From Blepharisma stoltei ATCC 30299 (lineage: Eukaryota > Protista > Ciliophora), in assembly GCA_965603825.1 (NCBI GenBank), contig CBFDEM010000022.1, positions 326,975-390,974 of the forward strand: a stretch of 64,000 nt of DNA, read 5' to 3'. The stretch's first letter is position 1. Every line of letters begins with the position of its first letter. The position numbers and the translations under genes are program-made. Under the pieces are notes generated by a model. The model searched no databases and was not told where the DNA came from. It saw nothing but the letters and a program-made list of their open reading frames with translations. This document shows, in pieces, positions 47,307 through 59,597 of the stretch.

Positions 47307-48342
47307 GTTAAAGAAAATTTTTTAATTTTTGAAGCTATTGAAATAAATGTGCAACCCAAGTGGTCTTTTTTAGCGAAATAATTTTTAAAAAAATTTATAT
47401 TATAAAAAAATTAACAATATATAATTATTAGTATCAGCCTCTTAGGCCTATCGCAAAGGTATAGCTAAATCATTAAGATAAAGTAATTTCGCAATCGTTG
47501 TAGCAATATATGGTTTTGTTCTTTGTTTTAGAAATCTTCCATAAATATCTTCATGCTATATTTTGCGACCATTTTTTCTGCTGATTTTCTAATTTCTCTT
47601 CAACAGATTTTTATACTGTACTAGTTGGCCAACTAGATCTCTTATAAGTTACTCATAGAATTTATACTTGACCTTTGAGTAGATCATGAAATAATTTGTA
47701 ATTGCAACTTCAAGCAAAAAATAACATAAAATTTCCGTGATTTTTACTGATTTTCAATGAGTCGTACAAGTTTGAATGAGCTGATCAAAATAGTTAGCTC
47801 CATCCATTCTATATGCACATTATCAAATTAAGGCTTCCCTTTATCGGCTTCAGTTCTGCAGGAGTCCTATCAACAAAAGATAAATCCATCAAGAAGAATA
47901 GCCAATTACCCTTCGATAGATTGAAACGTGGTTTTGAATAGAAATAATGATGGATTCAAATATCTGATAATTTCACTAATAACTTCTTCATAAAAAACCC
48001 TAAATAAAAAAAGAAATGGCGTAATTTCTTCTGAACTAAAGCTGTTTAGGATGAGAGCATAATAATCTCTTCTATTAGATTCTGAGGATTCAGTTCAGTT
48101 ATCAGGGAAAATTTCACCAGTAGAGATATTTCTTCATCTTCTTCATATGAGAAAGTTGCTCCAGAAAAGCTACTAAATGATTCTTCTGCTCTAGAATCAA
48201 TCTTATATTATTCAAGCCTTATGACTATCCATATTACTATTTTAATTATTATACTAAATAAAGTATCTGCTTTAGATAGTATATTATTAGTTGATGATAG
48301 CTTTAATATAAATTAAAACTAAACTCTAATAAATTTTATTAT

Positions 48343-51300
48343 TTAATACGCTTGCTTCACAATAGAAAAATCTTTGGATGCATATTCATCAGAAGCACGA
48401 CTAGGTACGATTTTTGAAAGGGCGGTTTTTGAGAGCTTACCAAATGTAAACGCGAACCTAAATAGATGAGTTGTATCCAGACCTTTTCTTCTATACAGCA
48501 GACTTGGATATTTTTTTCTTTGCACATAAATACCGACAGCACCAATTAAAACCCATCCTATACAAACTAACAGAAATAAAATTAAATAACCTCCTTCAAC
48601 ATTAGATGAGATCGTTGAAAGCACAGAAAGCCATAATACGCCTATTAAGCTTAAGGCTTGCCATCAGCAAAATCTTGGATAATTATAAGGTTTCCATCTA
48701 AATATAAATCCAATATAAGCAGCCATTATGACAGCAAATAAAGCTCCATGAATTGCGCTATCTGCCCTTTTAACTGTTTTATTCATAGCAATAAGTATGA
48801 TTTGGACTACAGATTTAACCATTAAAAATAAAGGAGACGTATAAATGTGCAAATTCATCTGCAACTCTTGCCACAAAGGTCTACAAAATATTGCAAGAGG
48901 CTCATAGCATAAAAGAGCTATAAAAGAAAAAATTGCGTATATTAAATGATTACCCTTTCAGCAAAAATAATAGCAATCTTGAACAAGAAAACTGTCAGTA
49001 AAATCCTCTCCAATAGATTGATCGCACACAAATACATTTAAACACATCGAAATAAACGGAATAAAGCATAAATTACCTAAAATCGGCATTAAATAGTCTG
49101 CAAGTCAAGCTAAAAATCTTAAAAATGATACGCTGGGAAATTTTTCATCCAATCTGAGTAGAATAACAGCGCAAAAAATTAATCAAACGGTAATAGCTCC
49201 ATAGATCCCATCAATTACAATTCAAAATACCCCGTTTTTAAGCTTTAAAGAGTTTTCTAAGTTGAGGGAAAAAGAATTGCTGATTTTTGCTAAGAAGCTA
49301 CTGATTAGAGTTATATCTGGCCCGATCGCTACGAACTGGAAAAATTCAATGCCAATTGTTATCTGAACAATAAAATCTTGCAAAGAAATTTCTTGCCTTT
49401 CTTTAAGTTCTTTTATATTGATATTTCACCACGTTTTTCATATATATGCGGCAGAAACAAAAGAGATTAAAGCAAATCCAAAGCAAATGCCAAAAGCGAG
49501 AATTCTTCCTTTTGTAAACGTCCTTACCAGTTTATCAGAAAAAGGGCATTCGTTATCTTGATTTCTTAGATCTTCCGGCTTCATAGTGGACCCATCTCCA
49601 TAAATAATCGGTATATCAATTGTTAGCATTACGCTGCTATACGGGTGAAATTCTCCTATTTTATAAGCAGTCACATTACCAGAAGCTGCATCTATTTTAT
49701 TAACATTAATATCAAAATTTTCCATAATCCTGTCATTGCTGTCTTTATCAATCGAAAACTTTCCTGTGCATCCAATAAATTTCTGAGCTCTCATTGTCAA
49801 ATTTAGCTGATAAGGATCATAATAGTCAAGTCCTTGATTTATCATCGAATCCAACGCAACCGCTATATAATAAGCTGCATCATAATAATTGCAAGCATAT
49901 GAATAAGGGACTACATTATAAAGAGATGCTATTTTTGAGTACGCAAAGTGTCCAACTTTTCCAACCCAGTTTTGTCCAGAAATAATGATCATCGGAACTC
50001 CTGTATCTTTCACTTTATAAGTATACATAAAATCGTACTCTCCCAATGTAAGAAATAATGAACTTGAAACAAAAATTACGAGATCACCTTTTCTTAGGCC
50101 TAAATCATATAGCTCTTCAAGAACGTAATATAATTCAGGAGGCATAAAGAATAAAGCCAAAAGCCTTGCTTGAGTACTAAAAACTGCTTTCAGTGAATCA
50201 GAATATTTTTTTATGGTGGTTCTATTTAGATTATCAGGGATCTCCCTCAAGCTTTCAGGGTTTAGAATTTCTAAGCCATATTTCTTGGCATTTTCTATAA
50301 GTGTGGAATATGATACCTTGTTTGATGGGTCATCAGAATATAAGACACAGAGTTTATTTCAGCCTAAAACTTTTAAAAAAAGCGAACTCAAAGCAAGTAT
50401 GTAGTCGTTCGAAATGGCGATTCTTGTAAACATAGGATAAAGTGCGGTTGAGCTCAGTGCATGGCCTAATGCTACTGACCCAACGACTGGAATTGTTACA
50501 TTTAAGCTTGTAAAGAGCTTCATTTCTCCAGTTGCTATTACAGAAGCGCTTGATATATGAGCTAATCCAATTTTATCTATATCTTTGGTAAAGCAAGGTC
50601 TGGCAAACTTTTCATCATAATTCAATGTGCCGCAGTCATAAATGAAGTATCTAACTTGGAAATTTTTTAAAATCCCTAATGTGTTGTCATTTATCAAGCT
50701 TCATGCTGTATATGCACCGTTACAAAAAAGGGGTATAGTTGTCATTGGAGGAGTGCCAGGATTAGTCGCACCTCCAGATATTGATACGTGCAATATTTTT
50801 TTGTCTGATTTTGGCGCATTATGAGTATTTCCAGGGAAAATTAAATTTTTTACTATTTTTACTTCTCCATCAAAGACTGAGCCAATGATTTCTCTTTTCC
50901 CCTCCTGAATATTAATGATAGAAAATTGATTTTTCTGGCTATATCCTTTCATTAAATATCTTATTTCTTCAGCTGTCACTGGCTCTGCCGTGCTATTAAA
51001 TAAATATTGCAATAAATTTTCAGTTGATTTAAATAAAAATTCCTTTTGAGAGCTTGCATATTCTTGGCCTTTTACAGTGATTATAATTGCTCCATCAATT
51101 TTGCAATCGTAACCACTGTTTTGATTTAAAATTAATCCATCTCCTTCCAGTAGAAGTTTTTTGGATTTCAATGATTCTTGAATTATCGATGAGAGAACAG
51201 AATTTGTAAAAATGTAATACAAAGTAGTGCCTAAAGGCTTGATAACCCGATTTACTAAGCTTTCTATGTTTGTAAATGACTCTACAGCTAAATAATTAAA

Positions 51301-51813
51301 AGTTGCTGAATATTCTAAAAATTCGTTTTTATTGTATATATTATCTTCGTCAGCAATTACAAGTCCTTGAGTCCAGTTAAAGTAATCTAAAACTGTAAAA
51401 TATGCATTCATTTGAGCTGAATGAGAAGTGACGATGTTGTAAGTCCATTTGTCATGGTATAAAGACTCATACCTTCTCTGAGGAACCAAGTGGATTTTCT
51501 TGTTTTCTTCACATAATTGAGAAAGGCTTAATTGTATTTCAAAATCGTCTGATAAATCAAGGACGATTAAAGTATCAGGATAAATATTGAGACACTCTGA
51601 AATTGCTGAATGGTTACAGTGATGTCAGTCAATAATTAAATTGAATTGGTTTTTTATTTCCTTGATCCAATTTTCGCTGGCTATGTTTTTATTATTTTGG
51701 GCAATAATAATATCAGCTGAAGAAGATAAGTTTAGCATAGATAACAAACATAATATCTTAACGAATCCTATGCCAGAAATGCCTTGCTTTTTTTTTGCTG
51801 ATTTTTTATTCAT
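48343..51813 (-). CDS. Intact receptor-like membrane protein: signal peptide + tandem Venus-flytrap (ANF-receptor/PBP1-like) domains + ~8-9 TM helices (~1156 aa)
   Basis: Six track ORFs fall in one frame joined only by TGA=Trp. YFTVLDYFNWTQ, LINDN..ILKNFQV...DC, LSSTALYPMFTRI, LGWNKLCVLYSDD, YYDAAYYIA, FIGCTGKFSIDKDSNDR. The second Met (51813, MNKK) is the start conserved among paralogues; an alternative ATG lies at 51837. Confidence 0.85.
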
Positions 51814-52831
51814 TTTAGTATTAGAGTTGTAATTCATTTACAAAAATCTGAAAGTTTAAAATTTGTATGTATAAGAAGATGTATACCCATAAAATAAATA
51901 TATTAAAGTTAATAAGTAAACTCAAATCAATAATAGCAAACATATTTCAAATTGAATTTTCTTATTTTCAAATTTTTATATACTAATAAAATATTAAACA
52001 TAAATTATTTAAAACTTTTAATTTCCCAGAAATGATAGAGAAGCTAAACATCATTTTAAGATAATATTTTTGGTAATTAATTTATAATTAGTTATCAGAG
52101 AGCTCAGAATCTTTATCTTGACTGATTTTATATTTTAATATAATCATAAATGAAAAGCAAAGTTTATATATATGATCAGCATAATTTTAATAATAATTTC
52201 AATTTTGCACTGGTAAAATAAATTATTAAAAATATTTATTTTTAGAAAAAGCTGTTATATAAATAAATAATCGAATCAAAACTATATTTATCCCTTCAAA
52301 TTCAACAGCAACTTCTAACTATTAATTTTAAATAAGAATTACATTCTCTACAAATAGCTTATGCATATCCAACTTACTATAAGTATTTTTGCTCTAAGGA
52401 TATTATGTAAAACTGAAGATGAACTTTTAGGCTTGCTACTTATAAGGCTCTATAAATTTTTCTTAGAGTGCTGCTGAGTAGGGTCAACAGAATTTAAATC
52501 TAGAGGTTTAGATTAATTTTCAAGCTAATGAAAAAGTATGGTAAACTAATTCATGGCTTAAAAAGGTTTTTGAGGAGCTATTTAGACTTAGACACAATGT
52601 GAGCTGATGGAAACATTATGTTTCAGATGATAGGGAGATTAATGGCGTATCAGAAAATCTGAAAAGCTTTGATATTAAATTTTACTGTGCTTAATAATCT
52701 ATAAAAGCTTATCTTTATAATAATGCAAGGATGAGATTATTACTATATATGAGCATGGCTATGCATTCATTTTAGATCGCTTTATTTCGAAATTGAATTA
52801 AAAATTAATTAATAAGTATAATTTGATAAAC

Positions 52832-53998
52832 ATGCTTGAAAATCATTTGAATTGGCTAGAAAAAGGCAAAAGTTGCTTAGAAGAAAATAAACCAAACGAA
52901 GCACTAGAATGCTATGAAGAAGCAATTAAGTTAAAACCCAACGATTCTAGAGGATACAAAGGCAAAGGTAACGCTCTTAAGGCTTTAGATGAAAATGATG
53001 AGGCTTTAAAATGCTATAGCAAAGCAATTAAACTCAAACCTGATGATCCTGAAGCTTACAATGGCAAAGGTACAGCTCTTAATAATTTAAAAGACAATAT
53101 CAAAGCAATAAACTCATATAATAAAGCAATAAAACTCAAACCTGACTATGCTGAAGCTTATTATAACAAAGGGAATGCTCTTGGTGATTTAGAAAAGTTC
53201 ACTGAAGCAATAAAATCCTTTAATAAAGCAATAAAACTCAATCCTAATTATGCTGAAGCTTATAATGGTAAAGGCAACGTCCTTAGTGATTTAAACAGAA
53301 ATTCTGAGGCAATCGGATGCTTTGACGAAGCTATTAAACTCAAGCCTGGCTATGCAAATTCTTACAATAATAAAGGGAATGCTCTTTTAGAATTAGGAAA
53401 ATATGAAGAAGCCATAGAATGCTACGATGAAGCACTTAAGCTAGAACCTGATGATGCTTATACTTACTATAATAAAGGCAACGCTTTTAATGATTTAGGC
53501 AAAAAAGTTGAAGCAATAGAATGCTATGATAAAGCAATCAATATAGAGCCTGACTATGCAGAAGCCTATTTCGATAAAGGTAAAGCTCTTTATGACTTAG
53601 GTAGAGCACCCGAAGCAATTGAATGCCATGATAAAGCTATTGGCCTCAACCCTGAGCATGCGGCTGCTTACTGTAATAAAGGGGATGCTCTATTTAAGCT
53701 ATGCAGATATCCTGAAGCAGTAGAATGCTATGATGAAGCAATAAAGATCGACCCTAACTATGGTTATGCTTATTTCAATAAGGGTTCAGCTCTTTATGAA
53801 TTAGGCAGAAATGATGAAGTTATGGAATTGTTTGACAAGGCAATTGAACTCAATCCAGAAGAGCCTGATTATTACTTCAATAAAGGTACAGCTCTCTATG
53901 CATGAAAAAGATTTGATGAAGCAATCATATGCTTGAATAAAGCAATATACTTAATCTATCCTTATAAATTGCATCAGAATGCAATATCATTTGTATAA
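52832..53998 (+). CDS. Tetratricopeptide repeat protein (about 10-11 tandem TPRs, no other domain)
   Basis: 34-aa periodicity AYYNKGNAL..L.K..EAIECYDEAIKL.P. Reads through TGA 53903 to TAA 53996. Confidence 0.92.
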
Positions 53999-54074
53999 AC
54001 TACATTTGGTAGGTTCCTCAAATCAATATTATCCTAATTCATTCTCATTAAACAATTAATATTAGCTTTCTTAG

Positions 54075-54794
54075 CTAGTATTTTTTTAATTTCACATGAG
54101 AATTTTTGCTTAGCAATATTCCATCTCCTCTTGATAGGAGTTTTCTGGATTTCAATGTCTCTTGAATTTTTGATGAGAGAACAGAATTTGCAAAAATGTA
54201 ATACAATGTTGCTCCTAAAGGCTTGATAACTCTGCTTACGACCTTTTCAAGGCTTGCCGATGTTCCTATAGTTATATAATCAAAAGTCTCCGAATAGTCT
54301 AGAAATTTCTGCTTGATATATGTATGATCTCTATCAGTGATTAAAAGCCCTTGAGTTCAATTAAAGTAAGCTAAAGCCGCAAAATATGCATCAGCTTGGG
54401 CTATGTTTGATGGAAGGATATTATATGTCCATTCGTCGTCGTAAAGAGACTCTTGATTCTTCTGAGGAACCAAATGAATTTTATTATTTTCTTTACATAA
54501 TTGAGAAAGGCTCAGTTGTGTCTCAAAGCTGTTTGATAAATCAAGAACGATTATGGCATTTGGATGTGAGTTAACACACTCTGAAATTATCAAGTAGTTG
54601 CATTGATACCATTCGATAGCTGGCTCAAATTGCTTTTTTGTGTCTTCAATCCAAATTTGATTAAGCTCATCTCTATCATTTTGAGCAATAATAATTTCAA
54701 ATGAAGAGCACAAATTGAGAATTGCTAAAAAAAATAATATCTTTATAAATCCGATATCAGAAAAATTGTTAGATATTTTAGCCTTTTTGTTCAT
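54075..54794 (-). pseudogene. Truncated but open N-terminal fragment of a divergent receptor paralogue (signal peptide + part of the first VFT-like domain)
   Basis: MNKKAK...IGFIKILFF...LSQLCKENNKIHLVPQ...YFNWTQG...VIKPLGATLYYIF...GDGILL. Homology ends near 54100, followed by TAG. Confidence 0.75.
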
Positions 54795-54950
54795 TTTTTT
54801 TTACTAAGCAAAAATGAAAATTCTGATTTATTATTTTTATATGGAAATAGTTAAACTTATTTATAAGACAAACTAATTCTATCCCTACTATGTAAAAATA
54901 CAAGAAAATTTATTTGGTACCTCAAAAAAAGTTTGAGTCTTATAAATATA

Positions 54951-55121
54951 ACAAATGAGTTATAGCATCCCTTCTCATTCAGCTCAAATGAATGCATATT
55001 TTGCAGTTTTAGATTATTTCAACTGGACTCAGGACTTATAATTACTGACGAAGATAGCATATACAATAAAAAGAATTTTAAAATATTCAGCAGCTTTTTA
55101 TTATTTAGCTGTAGAGTCATT
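54951..55121 (+). pseudogene. Short inverted fragment of the receptor family
   Basis: TCTCATTCAGCTCAAATGAATGCATATTTTGCAGTTTTAGATTATTTCAACTGGACTCA matches the reverse complement of ~51280-51450, with frameshifts. Confidence 0.85.
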
Positions 55122-55209
55122 GGCAAACGCTTAGCCAGCAGCAGCGGGCCTACCTCTTCTGAAACTTGAAACAAGAAGGCCTTAATCTTTAATAATTTGA
55201 TCCTTCTTT

Positions 55210-55457
55210 ACAAACCCTATGCCAGAAATGGCTTGCTTCTTTTTTGCTAATGCTTTATTCATTTTTTTATTAGAGTTTTAATTCATTTACAAAAATCTGA
55301 AAGTTTAAAACATTTTATATATACAAGAAGAATTATGCAAACAGCTAATATAGAAATATATAGTGTTTCAAATATCTCTATGGATTAAATATCTGCTTGA
55401 TACATAAATTTCATTTTCCATTTTAGGAGAAATCGTATTAAGAAGTTCTGACATATT
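55210..55457 (-). pseudogene. Receptor-family 5' end plus upstream region (paralogous to 61750-61992)
   Basis: CAAACCCTATGCCAGAAAT...ATTTACAAAAATCTGAAAGTTTAAAA...TTTAGGAGAAATCGTATTAAGAAGTTCTGACATATT. Confidence 0.85.
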
Positions 55458-55490
55458 TTTCAATATTGATATGTCAAAACATTTCTGGTT

Positions 55491-56062
55491 CTAAGCAAAT
55501 TTGCCTAAACTTTGTATGCTTTTCGATGTGTCTACAGCTAAATAATTAAAAGTTGCTGAATATTCTAAAAAATATTTTTTATTGTATACGTTATCTTCGT
55601 CAGTAATTACAAATCCTTGAGTCCAGTTGAAATAATCTAAAACGGCAAAATATACATTTATTTCATCTGAATGAGAAGGGGCGATGCTATAAGTCCATTC
55701 GTCATAATATAAAGACTCATACCTTTTTTGAGGAACGAAATGGATTTTCTTGTTTTCTTCACATAATTGAGAAAGGCTCATTTGTATTTCAAAATCGTCT
55801 GATAAATTAAGGATGATTAAAGTGTCAGGATAAATATTGAGGTACTCTGAAATATTTGAATTATTGCAATGATGTTAGTCTATAATTAATTTGAGTTCTT
55901 TTTTTATTTACTTGACTCAATTTTTGCTGGTTATGGTTTTATCATTTTGGGCAATAATAATATCAGTTGAAGAAGATAAATTTAGCATAGATAGAAAATA
56001 TAATATCTTAACGAATCCTATGCTAGAAATGCCTTGCTTCTTTTTTGCTGAGTTTTATTCAT
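55491..56062 (-). pseudogene. N-terminal receptor-family pseudogene fragment
   Basis: Closely similar to ~51260-51813, with a TAA replacing the Trp after IID and truncation after YLAVDTSKSIQSL. Confidence 0.85.
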
Positions 56063-56609
56063 TTTTGTATAGAGTTTTAATTCATTTGCAAAAAATGAAA
56101 GTTAAATAACTTTTTTATATATAAGAAGAGATATGCTTATAAAATAAATATTAGTTGAAAGCATACTTGCAAACGCAGAAACTTATGATAGCATTTTAAA
56201 TTCTTTTGCTCAAAATAAATTTATCGAATTTCTTGAAAATATCAAAGCCTGCATTAATTAGTTCCATTTTTATCAGATTCCTTAAAGAATTAATAAATCA
56301 ACACTATAAATTTGACATATTCTACATTGAATTTATTCAAGTTTTTTATGATACTGATAGAAGATTAATTATATAATTTATTTAATTTGAGTTTAAGACT
56401 TTTTAATCTTTATCCTTTTTCCTTAATCTAGAAAATATTTTTGCGCACCAGAAAGGGATATTTTGAATTCTGACAGATGAAGTTTTCAAGGCTATTTTAT
56501 TTTAGCCAGTTTTATGCTAAGGAAGTAAGCAGGAATTTATTTTAACATATTTATTTTGAGGCATACGTTTTCATAAATATAAAAAGTTTTAAACTTTCAG
56601 ATTTTTGTG

Positions 56610-59517
56610 AATGAATTACAACTCTAATACTAAAATGGATAAAAAATCAGCAAACAAAAAAGCAAGGCATTTCTGGCATAGGATTTGTTAAGATATTATG
56701 CTTTCTAATATTGATGGAGCAATTATAATCACTATAAAAGGTCAAGAATATGCAATCTCTTAAAGGGATTATTTATTCAAATCAACTGAAAATTTATTAC
56801 AATATTTATTTAATCGCACGACGGAGCCAGTGACAGTTGAAGAAATAAGATATTTAATGCAGAAATATAGCCAAAAAAGTCAATTTTCTATCATTAATAT
56901 TCAGGAGGGTAAAAGAGAAGTCATTGGCTCAGTCTTTGATGGAGAATTAAAAATAATAAAACAATGAATTTTCCCTGGAAACACTGATAATGTGCCAAAA
57001 TCAGACCAAAAAATATTGCACGTATCAGTCTCTGGAGGCTCTACTAATCCTGGCACTCCTCCAGTGATAATAATACCCATTTTTTGCCACGGTGCATATA
57101 CAGCATGAAGGCTGGTAAATGACGGCACATTAAGGATTTTAAAAAATTTCCAAGTAAGGGACTTCACTTTTGACTGCGGGGCATTGAATTATGATGAAAG
57201 TTTGCGAGACCTTGCTTTACCAAAGATATAGATAAAATTGGATTAGCATATATATCAACCTCTTCTGCATTATCTATTGCAGAAATGAAGCTCTTTTCAA
57301 GCTTAAATTTAACGATTCCATGGTTGGGATGACACCATTAGACGATGCACTGGGCTCAACCGCACTTTATCCTATGTTTACAAGAATCCCTGTTGCGAGC
57401 AACTACGTACTTACTTTAATTTCGCTTTTAATTAAAGTTTTAGACTGGGGTAAACTCTGTGTCTTATATTCTAAAGATACATCAAATAAATCAGCATATG
57501 CCGCACTTATAGAAAATATCAAGGAATTTGGCTTAGAAATTCTAAACGCTGAAAGTTTGAGGGGCATCCCTGATAATCTAAACAGAACCACTATCAAGCA
57601 TTATACCAGCTCATTTCAAGCAGTCATTGATACACAAGCAAGGGTTTTGGTTTTATTATTTATGCTTCCTGAAATATATTACGCTCTTGAAGAGCTGTAT
57701 GATTTAGGCCTGAGAAAAGGTGATCTCGTAATTTTTGTTACAGGCCCATTGTTTCTTACAATGACACAGTACGATTTTATATATACTTGTAAGCTTGAAG
57801 AAACAGAAGTTCAGATGATCGCTATTTCTGGACAAAGCTGGGTTGGAAAAGTTGGACAATTTGCTTACTCAAAAATAGAATCTCTTTATGGTGCTGCCCC
57901 TTATCAATATGCTTGTAATTACTATGATGCAGCTTATTATATAGCAGTTGCGTTGGATTATATGATAAATCAAGGACTTGATTATTATGATCCTTATCAG
58001 CTAAATTTGACTCTGAGAGCTCAGAGATTTACTGGATGCACAGGAAAGTTTTCGGTTGATAAAGACAGCAATAATAGGATTATGGAAAATTTTGACATTA
58101 GCGTTAATAAAATAGACGTAACTTCTGGTAATGTGACTGCTTATAAAGCAGGAGAATTTCACCCTTATAGCAGCATAATGCTAACTATTGATGTGCCGAT
58201 TCTTTATGGAGATGGGTCTACTATAAAGCCGGAAGAATTAACTCGGTATGAATAAGCCATAGATTTTTTTATTTTCCTATCGTAAGCGAGAAAAATTGTC
58301 TTCCTAAGAAATAAAGATAATGAATGCCCTTTTTCTAGTAAGCTGATAAGAACGTTTACAAAAGGAAGAATTCTCGCTTTTGGCATTTGTTTCGGATTTG
58401 CTTTACTTTCTTTTATTTCTACTGCATATATGAAATATCAATATAGAAGAACTTAAAGAAAGGCAAGAAATTTCGTTGCAAGATTTTATTGTCCAGATAA
58501 CAATAGGTATTGAGTTTTTCCAGTTTATAGCGATGGGGCCAGATATAACTCCAATCAGTAGCTTCTTAGCAAAAATCAGCAATTCTTTTTCCCTCAACTT
58601 AGAAAACCATTTTAAGCTTAAAAATTGGGTATTTCGAATTGTAATTGATGGGATTTATGGAGCTATTATCGTGTGATTATTTTTTGCACTGTTATTCTAC
58701 TCAGATTAAATGAAAAAAATTCCCCTGAGTGTCATTTTTAAGATTTTTAGCTTGACTTGCTGACTATTTAATGCCGATTTTAGGTAATTTATGCTTTGTT
58801 CCGTTTATTTCGATGTGTTTGAATGTGTTTGTGTGCGATCAATCTATTGGATAGGATTTCACTGACAGTTTTCTTGTTCAAGATTGCTATTATTTTTGCT
58901 GAAAAGGTGATCATTTAATATATGCGATTTTTTCTTTTATAGCTCTTTTATGCTATGAGCCTCTTGCTATATTTTGTAGACCCTTGTGGCAAGAATTGCA
59001 GTAGAATTTGCACATTCATACGTCTCCTTTATTTTTAATGGTAAAAACTGTAGTCCAAATCATACTTATTGTCATGAATAAAACAGTCAAAAGAGCAGAA
59101 AGCACAGTCCATGGAGCTTTATTTTCTATTATAATGGCTGTGTGTATTGGATTTATATTTAGATGCAAGCCTTATAACTATCCAAGATTTTGCTGATGGC
59201 AAGCCTTAAGCTTAATAGGTGTATTATGGCTTTCTGTGCTTTCAGCAATCTCATCTAGTGTTGAAGGAGGCTATTCCATTTATTTTCTATTAGTTTGTAT
59301 AGGATGGGTTTTAATTGGTGTTATCGGTATTTATGTACAAAGAAAAAAATATCCAAGTTTGCTGTATAGAAGAAAAGGTCTGGATACAACTCATCTATTT
59401 AGATTCGCGTTTACATTTGGAAAGCACTCGAAAAACGCCCTTTCAAAAATCGCACCTCGTCGTGGATCTGAAGAGCTTTCATGCATAGATTTTTCTGATG
59501 TTAAGCAAGCTTATTAA
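56610..59517 (+). pseudogene. Inverted near-full-length pseudogene copy of the receptor gene
   Basis: Colinear with the reverse complement of 48343..51837. Lesions: ~0.6-kb deletion near 56705, TAA at 56761, frameshifts near 57200 and 58430, 66-bp insertion 58239-58304, TAG near 59002. Confidence 0.9.
58239..58306. mobile_element. 66-bp TA(A)-bounded insertion, candidate unexcised internal eliminated sequence (IES)
   Basis: Absent from the intact paralogue at 49561-49580. TAA direct repeats at 58239 and 58305. Excision leaving one TA restores the in-frame PEELRNKDNECPF. Confidence 0.5.
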
Positions 59518-59597
59518 ATAATAAAATTTATTAAAACTTACCTCTGAATTACTTTAATTTATATGAATGCTATAATTGAATAGTGATATAAAGAGTG

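Noticed and set aside
790-47400. tRNA, rRNA or transposase genes
   Set aside because: None recognised by eye. tRNAscan-SE or Infernal would be needed to exclude small ncRNAs in the larger intergenic gaps (790-1747, 41191-42221, 45729-46437).
47400-48200. Possible degenerate coding remnant between SOD and the receptor gene
   Set aside because: Minus-strand translation is protein-like in patches but has stops and no assignable family.
116-53905. Many apparently split or pseudogenised genes in the ORF track
   Set aside because: In the core region and the intact subtelomeric genes the breaks are in-frame TGA (Trp) or 15-16 nt introns, not lesions.
52832-53998. Regularly spaced DNA repeats resembling a CRISPR array or satellite
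   Set aside because: The 102-bp periodicity is explained by TPR coding repeats, and the context is eukaryotic.
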